Positions 21,010-33,364 of a stretch of 64,000 nucleotides of DNA are shown here, one piece after another. Both the position numbers and the translations under genes were made by a program. This DNA comes from Pachysolen tannophilus NRRL Y-2460 (Eukaryota), in contig KV454017.1 in the NCBI GenBank assembly GCA_001661245.1, positions 775,903 through 839,902 on the forward strand, in the 5' to 3' direction. How positions within the stretch are numbered: the stretch's first letter is position 1; the number at the start of each line of letters is the position of its first letter. The notes beneath the pieces were generated by a model, which did no database searches, was not told where the DNA came from, and was given only the letters and a program-made list of their open reading frames with translations.

Positions 21010-22440
21010 TTATGTGGAATATGTATCATCTTTATGTAACTCCGATTCTACCACCTGGTAATAATTGCCGTGCCTGAGAGGAGACATTATAGGCTCTTGA
21101 ATATTATTATTATTATTGTTAACGTTATTATTATTATTATTATTATTGTCCTTGTTAATTTTGGTATTAATATCTGTTTTTAATTTATTGATTATACTAC
21201 CGTAGCTTTTTTTATGCGACATTTTACTATTAGTGTCGATATCAAATAAACGCCTTCTTGCATCAATATTAGGGAATGAGGAGGAGCCTCCTTCAAAATT
21301 AGACCGTGAATCATTTTTTAAATCATATTGATTGGTTTTTTGCCAAAATATAGTCATTAATATTATGAAATTAATGAAAATCCATGATATATAAAAAGAA
21401 CTGTTAAAATAATAATAAATAGAAAATGATTTTATATCTATAATAGGCTGATACATGAAAAATGATGAAATATTGATTTTTCCTTGATCTTGTTGTGAAT
21501 TAACTTGAAATATAAACAGTATTATAGCTAACATTATAAATTCTAGCCATATATTTAAAATTAATTTTAAATTTGTATGATAAAAATCTTTATATATTTT
21601 GTAACTTAATATTAACCTTGAAAAAATTAATAATGACATTCCAATTATTATTATATAGGTATAATCGAATAAATGAAAAAATTTATCGCTGGTAGTAGTA
21701 GTAGCAGTAATTGTAGTTGGTATTGGAATTGCATTGGCCGTTTGCAGTGGAGATAAGGCCAATAATGTTGCTAAAATTGGAGCGCTATATTTAAGATTTG
21801 AATCTCTTCTATGAGCAATAGAAGGATTAAAAGTTATTTGTTCATCTTCTTCATCTTCTTCATCATCATCATCATCTTCTTCTTGAAGGTAATAACCATA
21901 CTCATTTCGACCTAAAATTTCATTAACATCATTTAAAGTTGTTTCATTAATTAATATTCCTCTTTCATCTATTGGTAATATCAGTATTAAAGATTTTTCC
22001 ATATACTCAATTACACATACTTGATATATAATTAATGCATCCCATATTAACCGTACACTGAAAAAAATAATGGGAAATTTATAATCAAATTGTGATCCTA
22101 ATACTGACCTATTTGATAAATAGTTACAAATATAAAATAATATGTAACAAATGTTTGATAAGAGATTAAACAAATTAAATAATAATGTCTTGCTTATCTT
22201 TAATTTGGAAAAAGTTTTTTGCAACCCACTTTTAGTCCTGTTTCCAATCCCGTATTCACTGTATCTACTCTCTACTGGGGAAAAAGAATTCCCCTGTTGA
22301 AGTTTTTGGTAATGAGTATTATTTGGAAAAATTTGTACCAATGGTAGCAAGAGAAAGATAAGATTAAGAATAATCGTTAATGATGAATATGATGAAGTGA
22401 TCAATCGTATAAGATCTACCATTATTTCAAATATATACAT
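21010..22440 (-). CDS. Uncharacterised multi-pass membrane protein
   Basis: 476-aa ATG-started ORF with about 6-7 hydrophobic segments, a central acidic tract and an N-rich tail. I do not recognise the family. Confidence 0.7.
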   Translation of the reverse strand: MYIFEIMVDLIRLITSSYSSLTIILNLIFLLLPLVQIFPNNTHYQKLQQGNSFSPVESRYSEYGIGNRTKSGLQKTFSKLKISKTLLFNLFNLLSNICYILFYICNYLSNRSVLGSQFDYKFPIIFFSVRLIWDALIIYQVCVIEYMEKSLILILPIDERGILINETTLNDVNEILGRNEYGYYLQEEDDDDDEEDEEDEQITFNPSIAHRRDSNLKYSAPILATLLALSPLQTANAIPIPTTITATTTTSDKFFHLFDYTYIIIIGMSLLIFSRLILSYKIYKDFYHTNLKLILNIWLEFIMLAIILFIFQVNSQQDQGKINISSFFMYQPIIDIKSFSIYYYFNSSFYISWIFINFIILMTIFWQKTNQYDLKNDSRSNFEGGSSSFPNIDARRRLFDIDTNSKMSHKKSYGSIINKLKTDINTKINKDNNNNNNNNVNNNNNNIQEPIMSPLRHGNYYQVVESELHKDDTYST

Positions 22441-22690
22441 AAAAGTATGTATTTATCTATGTATGGTCTTGTGACAAAATCACAAATACCAGAACTTTTT
22501 TTTTTTTTATTTATTTCTCTTATCAATCGTAATAATAGAAAAAGATATCAATAAATTTTAAACAATTATAATGAACTATTCTTAAAAAACTTTAGTATTA
22601 ATATTTTGCAAAGGAAGGAAATTTTTCAATTAAATCTGAAACTTTTGCAAGTTTAAAAAAACAAAAACAAAAAAACTATGACAAATTAAG

Positions 22691-22725
<35 letters not shown>

Positions 22726-24019
22726 CTTCTTTATCAACTAGTTAGGCATTCAATTATTTAACGAAAAGTGTTTTAAAAAAGAAACCCATATTTTTTCTTG
22801 TTTATCGCTTGAAAGATAACCTAACCAACTGATAAGAATTTTTTTTCTTCCGCAAAAATTTTTTTATTTTTTTGAGTCTTATCTTGCTCGAACACATTTT
22901 TTTTAATGCACAGAAGTTCATTCACCCACATACAGTAATAGTGAAATAGTGAAAAATTTAAATTTTTTTATACTAAAAAGTTTATTAATTTTTCGGCTTT
23001 CAAATGAATAATACCCAATTAGTCAAAGTTTGTAATTGTAACTATAACTGTGGTTTATAAGCTAATAAATTTATTAGTTAATACAATGGTACCATATAAG
23101 AATTTTTTTTTCTCTTTTTTTATTTTAATTGGGTTCTTTTTAATACCTGCAATTGCATGTTTTTTTTTTTTTTTCTCTCATAATGCAATGCATGGATCGG
23201 GATGATACCATTCTTATCTCAAAAACACCTCACAGAACAGGTATGTATATGTATATATTAACACTAGTATTATTATTATTATTATTATTATTATACTATT
23301 AGTTTTCGTAATCTACTACTTTTCCTGGAATAATTTTTTTTTTTTTTAAAGTTTGATTATACCTTAGTAGGTGAGCAACAATAATGCCAAAACTTTTGTC
23401 ATTATCAAGATCGTCACTAGTTAACTAACTAAATTTCACTATTAAAACTTAAAAAAGAAAAAACAACAACAGTACTTGAACAAAAGGAGATATAGAGATA
23501 GAGGGGGGAGAGGGGGTGATGGTTTCTAATTCAAACTAAAATATAAAAATTTAAAATTTTCTTTTTTCCTTTTTGGTTGTATTTTAATATTTTTTTAATA
23601 ATAATAATCTATCTTTTAATTTAATATGTATGTACTTTTTAAATAACATAACTATACTTCTTTTATATTATTGTGGATACGATGAAATGCTTCTTGCCCT
23701 TGTTTACGTGCGGGTTTTTAATTCCATGAAAAAAAATGAAAAATAAAATGAAAAATTCAAGTAGTGTACCTAATTCTAAATAGTTCCAAAAGAGGTAAGA
23801 GTCTAGAACCAAAAAAAAAAACGAAAAAAAAGAATTTCGGCCAAATTGGGAAGTTCCCAGTATGGTTTCTTGTTTGGGTAACCTATGAGTGCAGTGGTGT
23901 AGGGTGTTTTAGGTTTTCACCCAATTAGGAAATGTTTTGTGTGCCAGCTAATAGAGAACACAGATTTGAAAAGAAAGAAAAACAATCTAAAACGTATTCG
24001 TATTTTAATAGATTAATAT

Positions 24020-24054
<35 letters not shown>

Positions 24055-24270
24055 TTAAATTTGTTTGAGTTAATTGAAACTAATCAAAATTTTTTTTTTC
24101 TTTTCTCTTCTTTTCTTTTCTTTTTCTTGGTTTCCCAGTAATAATTAAAATTTAACTGCTGGAGAAAAAATTAAGTATAGGTCAAGTGAAAGAGTTTGAG
24201 TTTTGGATTTGTGTGTGTGTGTGTGTGTGTTTTTTTTTTTTTTCAATTATAATATTTTATTTTCGTGGCC

Positions 24271-26352
24271 ATGGATGAAACTTTAATTTCAACAATTAAT
24301 AAATTACAAGATGCCTTGGCTCCATTAGGAGGAGGATCTTCATCACCTGTTGATTTACCTCAAATTACTGTTGTTGGCTCTCAATCTTCAGGAAAATCTT
24401 CAGTATTGGAGAATATTGTTGGTAGAGATTTTTTACCAAGAGGTACTGGTATTGTTACTAGAAGACCTTTAGTTTTACAATTAATTAATAAGAGAGGAAC
24501 AAATTCAAATTCAGATAATTCTTTAATTGATATTAAATCAATTGATGCAGATGGGAAAAAATCTGAAAATAATGTAGAAGAATGGGGGGAATTTTTACAT
24601 CTTCCAGGTAAAAAATTTTATAATTTTGATGAAATTAGAAATGAAATTATTAGAGAAACAGATTCTAAAACTGGTGATAAAGGTATATCCCCAGTTCCAA
24701 TTAACCTTAGAATATACTCACCACATGTTTTAACTTTAACATTGGTTGATTTACCAGGTTTAACAAAAGTCCCTGTTGGTGATCAACCAAAGGATATTGA
24801 AAGACAAATTAAAGATATGATTATGAAATTTATTTCAAAACCAAATGCTATCATATTAAGTGTTAATGCTGCAAATACAGATTTAGCAAATTCTGATGGT
24901 TTGAAATTAGCAAGAGAAGTTGATCCTGAAGGAACAAGAACAATTGGTGTTTTAACAAAAGTCGATTTAATGGATCAAGGTACTGATGTTATTGATATCT
25001 TGGCCGGTAGAGTTATTCCATTAAGATTAGGTTATGTTCCTGTTATTAATAGAGGTCAAAAGGATATTGAGGGTAAAAAGACAATTAGAGGAGCGTTAGA
25101 AGATGAAAGAAAATTTTTTGAAAATCATCCATCATATAGACCTAAAGCTCATTATTGTGGTACTCCATATTTGGCTAAAAAATTAAATTCAATTTTATTA
25201 CATCATATAAAACAAACTTTACCAGATATTAAAATGAGAATTGAAACTGCTTTAAAAAAATATCAAAATGAATTACAAGCATTAGGTCCTGAAATTGCAG
25301 ATTCTCCAAATTCAATTGTATTAAGTGTTATTACCGATTTTTGTAAAGATTACAATGGTATATTAGATGGTGAAACTAAAGATATTACTTCATTAGAATT
25401 AAGTGGTGGTGCAAGACTTAGTTTTGTATTTCATGAAATTTTTAAAAATGGTGTTAATGCATTAGATCCATTTGATCAAATTAAAGATTCAGATATAAGA
25501 ACTATAATGTATAATTCAAGTGGTTCTGCTCCTTCTTTGTTTGTTGGTACCGAGGCATTTGAAGTATTGGTTAAACAGCAAATTAAAAGATTTGAAGATC
25601 CATCTGTTAGATGTATTACTTTAATTTTTGATGAATTGGTTAGAATCTTATCACAAATCTTATCACAACCAGAATATGCTAGATATCCTGGTTTAAAAGA
25701 ACAAATTTCTCAAATTTTTATTCAATTTTTAAGAGAAGCTGTTCTTCCAACAAATGCATTTGTAACTGATATTATAAAACTGGAAGAGACATATATCAAT
25801 ACTGCTCATCCGGATTTGTTAAAAGGTTCCCATGCAATGGCAATGGTCCAAGAAAAATTACATCCAACACCTCAAGTCCAAGTTGACTCCAAGACAGGTA
25901 AAGTTATTCCACAAAAATCTCCTACTGTTTCTTCATCTGCAGCATCAACAATATCTCAAGATGAAGACAAACAATCCTTCTTTTCTGGATTTTTCAGTTC
26001 AAAAAACAAAAAGAGACTTGCTGCTATGGAACCACCTCCACCAATTTTAAGAGCAAGTGGTGCAATGTCAGAGAGAGAAACTATGGAAACTGAAGTTATT
26101 AAATTATTGATCCAATCTTATTTCAATATTGTCAAAAGAACTGTTTCTGATATTATACCTAAATCGATTATGTTGAAGCTTATTGTCAGATCAAAGCAAG
26201 ATATTCAAAAAGTTTTATTGGAGAAACTTTATGGAAATACCGATTTGGATTCTTTGGTTAAAGAAAATGATCTTACTGTTGCTAGAAGAAAAGAATGTGT
26301 GAAAATGGTTCAAGTCTTGAAACACGCTAACGATATCGTTTCTAGTGTTTAA
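24271..26352 (+). CDS. VPS1: Dynamin-like GTPase Vps1
   Basis: [25 protein letters not shown] (P-loop), DLPG, TKVD, middle domain and GED ([19 protein letters not shown]). ATG at 24271. Confidence 0.98.
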   Translation: MDETLISTINKLQDALAPLGGGSSSPVDLPQITVVGSQSSGKSSVLENIVGRDFLPRGTGIVTRRPLVLQLINKRGTNSNSDNSLIDIKSIDADGKKSENNVEEWGEFLHLPGKKFYNFDEIRNEIIRETDSKTGDKGISPVPINLRIYSPHVLTLTLVDLPGLTKVPVGDQPKDIERQIKDMIMKFISKPNAIILSVNAANTDLANSDGLKLAREVDPEGTRTIGVLTKVDLMDQGTDVIDILAGRVIPLRLGYVPVINRGQKDIEGKKTIRGALEDERKFFENHPSYRPKAHYCGTPYLAKKLNSILLHHIKQTLPDIKMRIETALKKYQNELQALGPEIADSPNSIVLSVITDFCKDYNGILDGETKDITSLELSGGARLSFVFHEIFKNGVNALDPFDQIKDSDIRTIMYNSSGSAPSLFVGTEAFEVLVKQQIKRFEDPSVRCITLIFDELVRILSQILSQPEYARYPGLKEQISQIFIQFLREAVLPTNAFVTDIIKLEETYINTAHPDLLKGSHAMAMVQEKLHPTPQVQVDSKTGKVIPQKSPTVSSSAASTISQDEDKQSFFSGFFSSKNKKRLAAMEPPPPILRASGAMSERETMETEVIKLLIQSYFNIVKRTVSDIIPKSIMLKLIVRSKQDIQKVLLEKLYGNTDLDSLVKENDLTVARRKECVKMVQVLKHANDIVSSV

Positions 26353-27373
26353 TTTAAAGTCTTCTCAGATAATGAAAACTAAACTTCTGCTATTAATATT
26401 TGAATTTGTGACTTTTTGGAGGTGAAAAAAAAAGAACATCTTCACTAGATTTTTTTTTTTTTCTATATCTTTTTATTCATTTTAATCTTTTGAATTTTTT
26501 TTTTTTTTCATTTTTTTTTTATTGTGAATCTATCATTATTGAGTTCTACGTTTTATATATATATAACTATTGCAAATATCTTTTTATAATATTGTCTTTT
26601 TTTGTGTTTTTTTCTTTGTTGTAGCCAAGGCTATTCAATTTTACATTTTAGTTTTTTGTTTATATTTCAGGTTGTTCCAGTTTAATATATCATTAAAATA
26701 TATATAACAAAGTTATATTTTTATAAATTGGAAACCTTACACAAGATAAAATGTTGAATTTTAGAGAAATAGAGATTAATGCAACTTGTTCTGTAGAATC
26801 TACATGTAAAAAATACTGTAGAAAACTTGTTAGATTTTTTTTAATTCCAGTAAATTGGGACGTTGAATAAATTTGGAATCGGTTCTAGATAAACAAAATG
26901 GGTATTAATTAAAGTTCTGCTTGCTTCAAATCAATCAACATTGAACCAAATAGAGATAATTACAAAGAACAATACCAGGAAATTGAAATGGGTGTTGACC
27001 ACCGTTGTACATACAGTAATGCCTTCAAATCTAAAAAAAAAAAAAAAACTTAACCAATGACAATGATATACTCAAGAAAAATAAATGTAAAAAAAAAAGC
27101 TCAGTAATACTAAATGAACCATAGCTTCAATGCATTATATATAACCTAATTAGAAATCAAAAGCTGTCGATAGATAACTAACATCTTCTTCTCATTCTTT
27201 TTATTTTTCTTCTTATTTTTCCCCAGAGTATAAATCTGAAATATTCGGTTTTCTTTTTTTTCTTCTTTTTTTTTTTAAGGAATAAAAATAATTTCAAAAT
27301 TTGTTCAAATTATAAAATATTTTAATTGAATAATATATTTAGTCAATCTAGAGATAAGAACCAATATATTGCA

Positions 27374-28474
27374 ATGAATTTCAATATCTCTTCATCAAAT
27401 CGTTTATCGAATCGAGACATGATGCCTACCATTTTAAATTCTGGTAATTTACAGTCGTTACAAGAAAGTCATCAAAACCCAAGTGAACAATTTTTAAGTT
27501 CTGAATCAATTTTTTGGGATAATTATAATGATGGAGGATGTGATACTTCAGGTGTTCGAAATAATTTCAATGTTTCCTCAGAAACTGGGAATATTAATGG
27601 AGGTAATAATAGTAGTAACACTACTGGTATTATAAACGATGGCACTAGTTTGAATGCTTTAGTAAATGTTCAGGGGCCAGAAGCATCTCACTTAATTGAA
27701 GAATGTTTCAAGAAAGAGACTGAATCTCTTTTAGCTCAAGATAATAATAATAATAATAATAATAGATCGAATAGTATATCTAAATCTTCTTCTGATGATG
27801 GGATATCTGATTCAAGTTTAAATAGAAATCATAAGGATGGTCTGTTACAATTTTCTTCTACTTCACAATCTGAAGCTGAATTATATTTAAAAAGAAAAGC
27901 ACAAAATAGAGCTGCTCAAAGAGCATTTAGAGAAAGGAAAGAAACCAAATTAAAGGAGCTTTCCACAAAGTTGAATAAAACTGAACTGGAAAATGAAAAA
28001 TTATCTAGAGAATTGGAAGAATTGAAGCAAAAGATTATTATGTTAGATACTGAAAATCAACTTTTAACTAAAAATTATTCAATAGTAGCATCAGATTCAA
28101 ATTCGGGGAAATTTAGTTTTAAATCTGAAAAGCCAAATACTTCTACAGTTTTTTCATTTCCATTAGACAAGGAGAAGTTTATAAACAATTTGATCAAAGA
28201 TACCGAGCATGATATATCAAAGGCATTTCAAAATGACAATCTTGTTTATCAAGAAACTGGAGATACCAATGGTAATTCTTGTGGGAAAATTTTGACCGTT
28301 GGTGCAGTATGGGACTATTTATATAATTTTAGTATGGAACATGAGGAATTGGAATTGGATATAACAAATATAATGGATCAGTTGAAAGGTAACGAAAAAT
28401 GTCATGGATATGGACCTGGGTACTCTTTGAAGTTACTCAACGAGATTATTGCTGAAGCTATCTCTAAACATTGA
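27374..28474 (+). CDS. AP-1-like bZIP transcription factor (Yap3/Fcr3-like)
   Basis: Basic region KRKAQNRAAQRAFRERKE plus leucine zipper; C-terminal LTVGAVWDYL...LKGNEKCHGYGP as in the Fcr3/Yap3 group. First ATG at 27374. Confidence 0.85.
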   Translation: MNFNISSSNRLSNRDMMPTILNSGNLQSLQESHQNPSEQFLSSESIFWDNYNDGGCDTSGVRNNFNVSSETGNINGGNNSSNTTGIINDGTSLNALVNVQGPEASHLIEECFKKETESLLAQDNNNNNNNRSNSISKSSSDDGISDSSLNRNHKDGLLQFSSTSQSEAELYLKRKAQNRAAQRAFRERKETKLKELSTKLNKTELENEKLSRELEELKQKIIMLDTENQLLTKNYSIVASDSNSGKFSFKSEKPNTSTVFSFPLDKEKFINNLIKDTEHDISKAFQNDNLVYQETGDTNGNSCGKILTVGAVWDYLYNFSMEHEELELDITNIMDQLKGNEKCHGYGPGYSLKLLNEIIAEAISKH

Positions 28475-28504
28475 TCCATGTGGGAACCATAGTGACTACT
28501 TTTT

Positions 28505-28546
<42 letters not shown>

Positions 28547-28926
28547 GGCTTTTTCTTTTCTTTTCTTCACACTATTCACCAATGGATCTTTAGATTTTTT
28601 GCACAAAACTATATAATGGACTCTTTGCATATTTGGAATAGAATAGACCGAAATCATGTCTTTTCTAAATTTTTATTGTGCTATAATATATGAACTGATG
28701 ATTCAAAACTTGAACCTGAAACTTTTTAAATGAAGGCAAACTCTCGTAATTTACAAACTACACAACCTCATACTACTGCCAAGAACGAAAACCACTACTA
28801 TCTACCCATCTACCAATCAATTTACACTTTTATTTTCCGATCTAATATAAACTAATGTTGTCTTTGCAAACTGATGGGAGTCCTCCTCTTACCATAGTAA
28901 TAGTAATTACCAAAGATCTTACCACT

Positions 28927-29002
28927 GTTTCCGGAGAAGTTTTGGCGGAGATGAGGAAATGCAAACTTCTCCACTTAGGTGACAAAAAACTTCTCCGGAA
29001 AC
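28927..29002. repeat. Perfect 17-bp inverted repeat with 42-bp spacer
   Basis: GTTTCCGGAGAAGTTTT (28927-28943) is the exact reverse complement of AAAACTTCTCCGGAAAC (28986-29002). Confidence 0.9.
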
Positions 29003-29352
29003 TTGTTCGATCACTTTTTTTTTTAATTATTATTATTAGTATTAGAATAGGCTGGGTTGGTTGTCTTTACTACCAGCCGAGTGTTTGAAGTAATATCTTA
29101 TCAAATATATATATATATATATATTTAGATATATATATATAAGGATTTTGGTTTTGAGCTTTTCAGTGAAGGCTTACATTTATGCGTAATAGCAGATTAT
29201 AAAACTTATTAGAAGTAATAAGGAGAAAACGAAGTGGTTGGCTTGCTGTTATATTTTTTTTTATTGAAAAGATTAAGATAGGAATTTGATTATTTATTAG
29301 ATATAATATAAATTTTTTAAATACGTGGAAAAGTGTTTTATATATTTTTGAA

Positions 29353-29925
29353 ATGGGGAAGGCGGCATCAAAGCTTTCAAAAGATGATATATCTACTTTA
29401 AAAAAATCAACATATTTTGATCGTAGAGAATTACAACAATGGTATAAAGGTTTTTTAAGAGATTGTCCCTCTGGTCAATTAACAAAAGAAGAGTTTATTA
29501 AGATTTATAAGCAATTTTTCCCCTTTGGAGACCCTACAGAGTTTTCAAATTATGTTTTCAAAGTATTTGATGTTGATAATAATAATTTGATTGATTTTAA
29601 AGAATTTATTACAGCGTTATCAATTACTTCAAGAGGTACATTGGAGGAAAAACTTATTTGGGCATTCCAATTATATGATTTAGATAATGATGGAAAAATT
29701 ACTTATGATGAAATGTTGAGCATTGTGAAATCGATATATAAGATGATTGGTAATATGGTTGAATTGGATGAAGATGAAAAGACACCAGAACAAAGAGTGG
29801 ATAAATTATTTCGATCATTCGATAAGAATAAAGATAATTACATAAGTTTTGAAGAATTCAAAGATGGTTCTAAAGTTGATCCATCAATAATAAACGCTCT
29901 TAATTTGTATGATGGGTTGGTCTAA
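29353..29925 (+). CDS. FRQ1: Frequenin / neuronal calcium sensor-1 (EF-hand, N-myristoylated; Pik1 regulator)
   Basis: 190 aa, [27 protein letters not shown]-hands [13 protein letters not shown] and [13 protein letters not shown], ends LYDGLV. Confidence 0.98.
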   Translation: MGKAASKLSKDDISTLKKSTYFDRRELQQWYKGFLRDCPSGQLTKEEFIKIYKQFFPFGDPTEFSNYVFKVFDVDNNNLIDFKEFITALSITSRGTLEEKLIWAFQLYDLDNDGKITYDEMLSIVKSIYKMIGNMVELDEDEKTPEQRVDKLFRSFDKNKDNYISFEEFKDGSKVDPSIINALNLYDGLV

Positions 29926-30160
29926 GTTCTATTTTTATTATATTATAATTTATATTATTTTTATCTTTATTTAGTTTTTTTTTTTTTTTTCTCTTTTTTT
30001 CTTTTTTCAGTTCTTTTTATTTTAATTTATTTCGGCTAAGTATAGTATTATAGTTGTTTTATTATCATGTAAAGGTGTTCTTGTTCAGAAAAAANAAAAA
30101 AAAAAGAAAAGTATATAAAATTTCGTACATCATACATCCTGTTTTGTTGTATTAACAACA

Positions 30161-30901
30161 TCAGACCCTTTCAGCAGTCCATATGGCACCTCTACAAGCT
30201 AATTTAATAGCTTCTGTTAATAACCAATATGGTCTTGCACCGTGAGCATCATGTTCAACGGCGGTATCCAAATGTTCCAACTCATCATCTCTGAAATGTC
30301 CTATTGTCTCTGTCAATTCCTTTACTTCTTCAGATGTCAATTTTTCCTTTAACAATTTACCAGTTTCAGGATCAAAAGTTTCAACTTCAAAATTATTTAA
30401 TAATACTCTTAATTGTTCTGTATAATGCCCTCCAATAACAGTTTCAACAGCCTCTGTGCAAGCCATTGCTGCCTCTTTGCCCATAATCCCCGTACCAAGA
30501 CCCAATGATATAGCACCAAGTTTCCAAAGAGGGGTTAATAACGAAGGTCTAACCCTTCTCTCAACTTGATATTTGTTAAAAGTATTATGATGATGAATTT
30601 CTTGTTCCCACATATGCTTTAAAATAGGTTTTATCTCAGGCAAAGTATGAGATAAAGCCAAATATTGACCATTATAAATCAAATTTGCTCCTAATTCACC
30701 AGCTTGATCAACTCTAATAACTCTGTCTAAAAAAGCCCTTTGAGCTCTTGATAATGAACCATATTTTACAACTTTTTCCAGTTTTCCATCTTCGGCATTG
30801 TTTTCCTGTAAAGACAAAGTACTTGATAAAAACCTCTTAGAATAAGTTACTGTCTCAATTATAGATCTTTCCGAAATTTTCCTCGATAATAACATTCTCA
30901 A
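30161..30901 (-). CDS. COQ7: 5-demethoxyubiquinone hydroxylase (di-iron), mitochondrial
   Basis: IRVDQAGELGA, EQEIHH, ACTEAVETVIGGHY, RDDELEH; Arg/Ser-rich presequence. Confidence 0.97.
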   Translation of the reverse strand: MRMLLSRKISERSIIETVTYSKRFLSSTLSLQENNAEDGKLEKVVKYGSLSRAQRAFLDRVIRVDQAGELGANLIYNGQYLALSHTLPEIKPILKHMWEQEIHHHNTFNKYQVERRVRPSLLTPLWKLGAISLGLGTGIMGKEAAMACTEAVETVIGGHYTEQLRVLLNNFEVETFDPETGKLLKEKLTSEEVKELTETIGHFRDDELEHLDTAVEHDAHGARPYWLLTEAIKLACRGAIWTAERV

Positions 30902-31399
30902 TGGATTTTCAATGTTAATGTTAAAGACAAAATGACATGGTGTGATTGTAACTCAAGGTTCTCATTTAGCATTCATTGTATTTATTTGATTTTGACTTAA
31001 GGAAAACTTTTCATCCATCTTTACACTACTTCGAAAGATTTGAAACTACAATTTTTATACAAGATGAATAAGATAGATAAGATGATCAATTCATTATATC
31101 ACATAATTGGAGAATGAAGGAAAGAAAGAAGGAAGAGTATAATAAGACTAAATTTAGTTTAGTTGTGAAGTGGGAAAACCGAGAAACTAAAGTAGGGGGA
31201 AAAGAGGAAAGAAAATGAAATGAAATGAAATAAAGTAAATATAAGAAAAAAATAAATGAAACAAATTTAAGACAGATCATCTAAATAAGGGGTGGGGGAT
31301 ATATATCTTTACAATAATATAGCAAACATAGTAATAGTAATAGTAATAGTAATAGTGACAATGACAATGACAATAGTAACATTTTACAATTTTACAATT

Positions 31400-32650
31400 T
31401 TATAAAGCATCCAAAAAGGAAGAGTTTGAAATGTGGGTTTTGAAAGTTGATATCATTTTTTTACCCACTTCAAATGGCAACTCTTGAGTATCTCTACTCA
31501 TTGTAACAGGTGATAAACATTGAACGCCATTTTTAAACATTTTTAAAGTTAAATTTCTAAAGAGCTTATTTGGAATATCTTTAACAAATAAAAATTTGAT
31601 TGGGAAACATCCTTTCCATTTTGGATCTGACCAACATCCAAGATTTCTATCAAAATCAACAGGGCCCCGCATTTCGGCAATACCACAGAAATGGCCCGAA
31701 CCATTTACTGAAAAAAATAAATAAATATTTTGACCATTATTTTCATTGTATGCTTTGTTTAATCTTTTATTACCTAAATCAGTTGATGACCAGCAATTAT
31801 TTTTAAAAGCAGATCTAATATCCATTTCATTATATGATTTGATAACAAAAAATCTTGAATTTGGTTGTGGAATCGATTGATCTAAAGAAGTTGAATTTGA
31901 ATTTGAATTTGAAACTTCTAATAATTTTTCATCAAAAACTAAACCTCTATCTAAAGATTGATCAATTGCCATTATGACATCAGTAGGTAAATAATTGATC
32001 AGACAAGAATTTTTTTGAAAATCATCATCAAAACCTGTATTTGTATTAGTTTCTTGATTTATAGCTGACCATATAGATTTATTTATATTCATTGAACCAG
32101 GACTAAATTGTGGTTCATTATAAAAATCTGTTTGATTTCTTATTGAGAAATTATTACCATCACCAAGATTACCATAACTTGCCATTTTTTTAATAGAATT
32201 ATTATTTCTATTATTACCAGAAACGTTCATTCCATCAAAACTATCAGAATTTTTTGGTAAAAAAGGGGATGTAGCAACAGTTGTAGTAGAAGTTGGAGTA
32301 GCAGGATAATAATTATAATTATAATTATAACTCTCTTTTACATCTTGTGAAGATGATAAAGTTGAAGATGAACTTGATGATAACAGCGGGTGCGTCAAAG
32401 AATTAGGAGAAAGCCTAAAACTGGTTGAAGCTAAATTAGAAGAACCAAATGCAAACATGTTCATTTGATTATCCGTGAGACCGTTCAATGGCCTCTGTAA
32501 CTGTTGTTGTTGTTGTTGTTGTTGCAGAAACAACTGTTGTTGCTGCTGCTGTTGCTGCATCTGCTTCAGTTGTAACTGATAGTAGTTACCAGAATAAACA
32601 AGGGAGGTGTCACCTTGTTCCAAGGGAGAATTTAATCTAATTTCTTCCAT
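31400..32650 (-). CDS. PHO92: YTH-domain m6A reader (Pho92/Mrb1-like)
   Basis: C-terminal RFFVIKSY...WSSTDLGNKRL...LFFSVNGSGHFCGIAEM...W...KW...SRDTQE; Q/N-rich N-terminus. First ATG at 32650. FRQ1 and PHO92 are also neighbours in S. cerevisiae. Confidence 0.85.
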   Translation of the reverse strand: MEEIRLNSPLEQGDTSLVYSGNYYQLQLKQMQQQQQQQQLFLQQQQQQQQLQRPLNGLTDNQMNMFAFGSSNLASTSFRLSPNSLTHPLLSSSSSSTLSSSQDVKESYNYNYNYYPATPTSTTTVATSPFLPKNSDSFDGMNVSGNNRNNNSIKKMASYGNLGDGNNFSIRNQTDFYNEPQFSPGSMNINKSIWSAINQETNTNTGFDDDFQKNSCLINYLPTDVIMAIDQSLDRGLVFDEKLLEVSNSNSNSTSLDQSIPQPNSRFFVIKSYNEMDIRSAFKNNCWSSTDLGNKRLNKAYNENNGQNIYLFFSVNGSGHFCGIAEMRGPVDFDRNLGCWSDPKWKGCFPIKFLFVKDIPNKLFRNLTLKMFKNGVQCLSPVTMSRDTQELPFEVGKKMISTFKTHISNSSFLDAL

Positions 32651-33323
32651 ACTTCTCTTTATTCTTTTTTTCTTTTTTTTTTTGTTTTCTTTTTCTTTTT
32701 CTTTTCTTTCAACAAGTTTAAATCTATCCGCGGTTAACTTCAACACTAACTAAAAAACCAAAATGAAAAAAACAACTCTATAGTAAGCTTTAAAACGACT
32801 TTGAAATAAATAAATTGTCTTTTGATGCAAGTCTGTTTGGTTAAACCTTGTTCTTCTTCACAATTTTTCAACTAATTGGATAATTGTTTAGCGCCGTTAA
32901 AAAAAAAAACTTCTCTGAGAAAAGGATACTTATATATAAACACGCTTTCTCTTTTTTTATTTTCGTTAATAAAATTTAACCGCCCTTTGAATAAATTGTT
33001 GTTTTTAGTTCCCCTTTGTCAAAAATTCCCTCAATCCTCAATCACAATTAAGAATAATAGGAAGAAACCATTGAAAATCTTTTTGAAAAAAATAAATAAA
33101 ATAAAAAAAAATCAAAATCGTTTTTTTAACTTTTGGTCCCTTGACTAAAAAAACATATAAACAATTTCAGGATCAACTTAACTAATTTATTCTTTGTTTA
33201 GTCCTTGATAAGAATAGAAACTAAATTAAAACTAAACCCCCTTTTCTTCAATCCCTTTCTTTGTCTACAGATCTAATTTGGAAAGGGAAATTAGAAGTGC
33301 ACCAAAAAGCAAAAAAACAAAAA

Positions 33324-33364
33324 ACAGCCAAAAATGGCCAAAATTAGCCAAAATTAGCCAAAAA
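33324..33364. repeat. Short tandem repeat (about 10-bp unit, AAAATTAGCC-like, 4 imperfect copies)
   Basis: cagccaaaaatggccaaaattagccaaaattagccaaaaa read directly. Confidence 0.6.

Noticed and set aside
23192..23493. ATG...CAG|GTATGT (23241) with AACTAAC (23423) as a small spliced gene
   Set aside because: The acceptors I tried give fewer than about 30 codons with no recognisable sequence, and such motifs can arise by chance in AT-rich DNA.
23895..23907. TGGTGTAGGGTGT as a telomeric repeat or Rap1 site
   Set aside because: Single imperfect copy and not tandem.
22695..24240. (AT)n, (ATT)n, (GT)n microsatellites and poly(A/T) runs here and throughout; possible CRISPR-like arrays
   Set aside because: Ordinary simple repeats of an AT-rich yeast genome, with no repeat-spacer structure.
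26353..27373. Point centromere downstream of VPS1 (CEN11 lies there in S. cerevisiae)
   Set aside because: I found no RTCACRTG-AT-rich-CCGAA arrangement. A regional centromere cannot be judged from sequence, and the interval is only about 1 kb.
28696..28720. TGATGA...CTGA as a C/D snoRNA
   Set aside because: Boxes too close together, no terminal stem, and no rRNA-complementary guide recognised.
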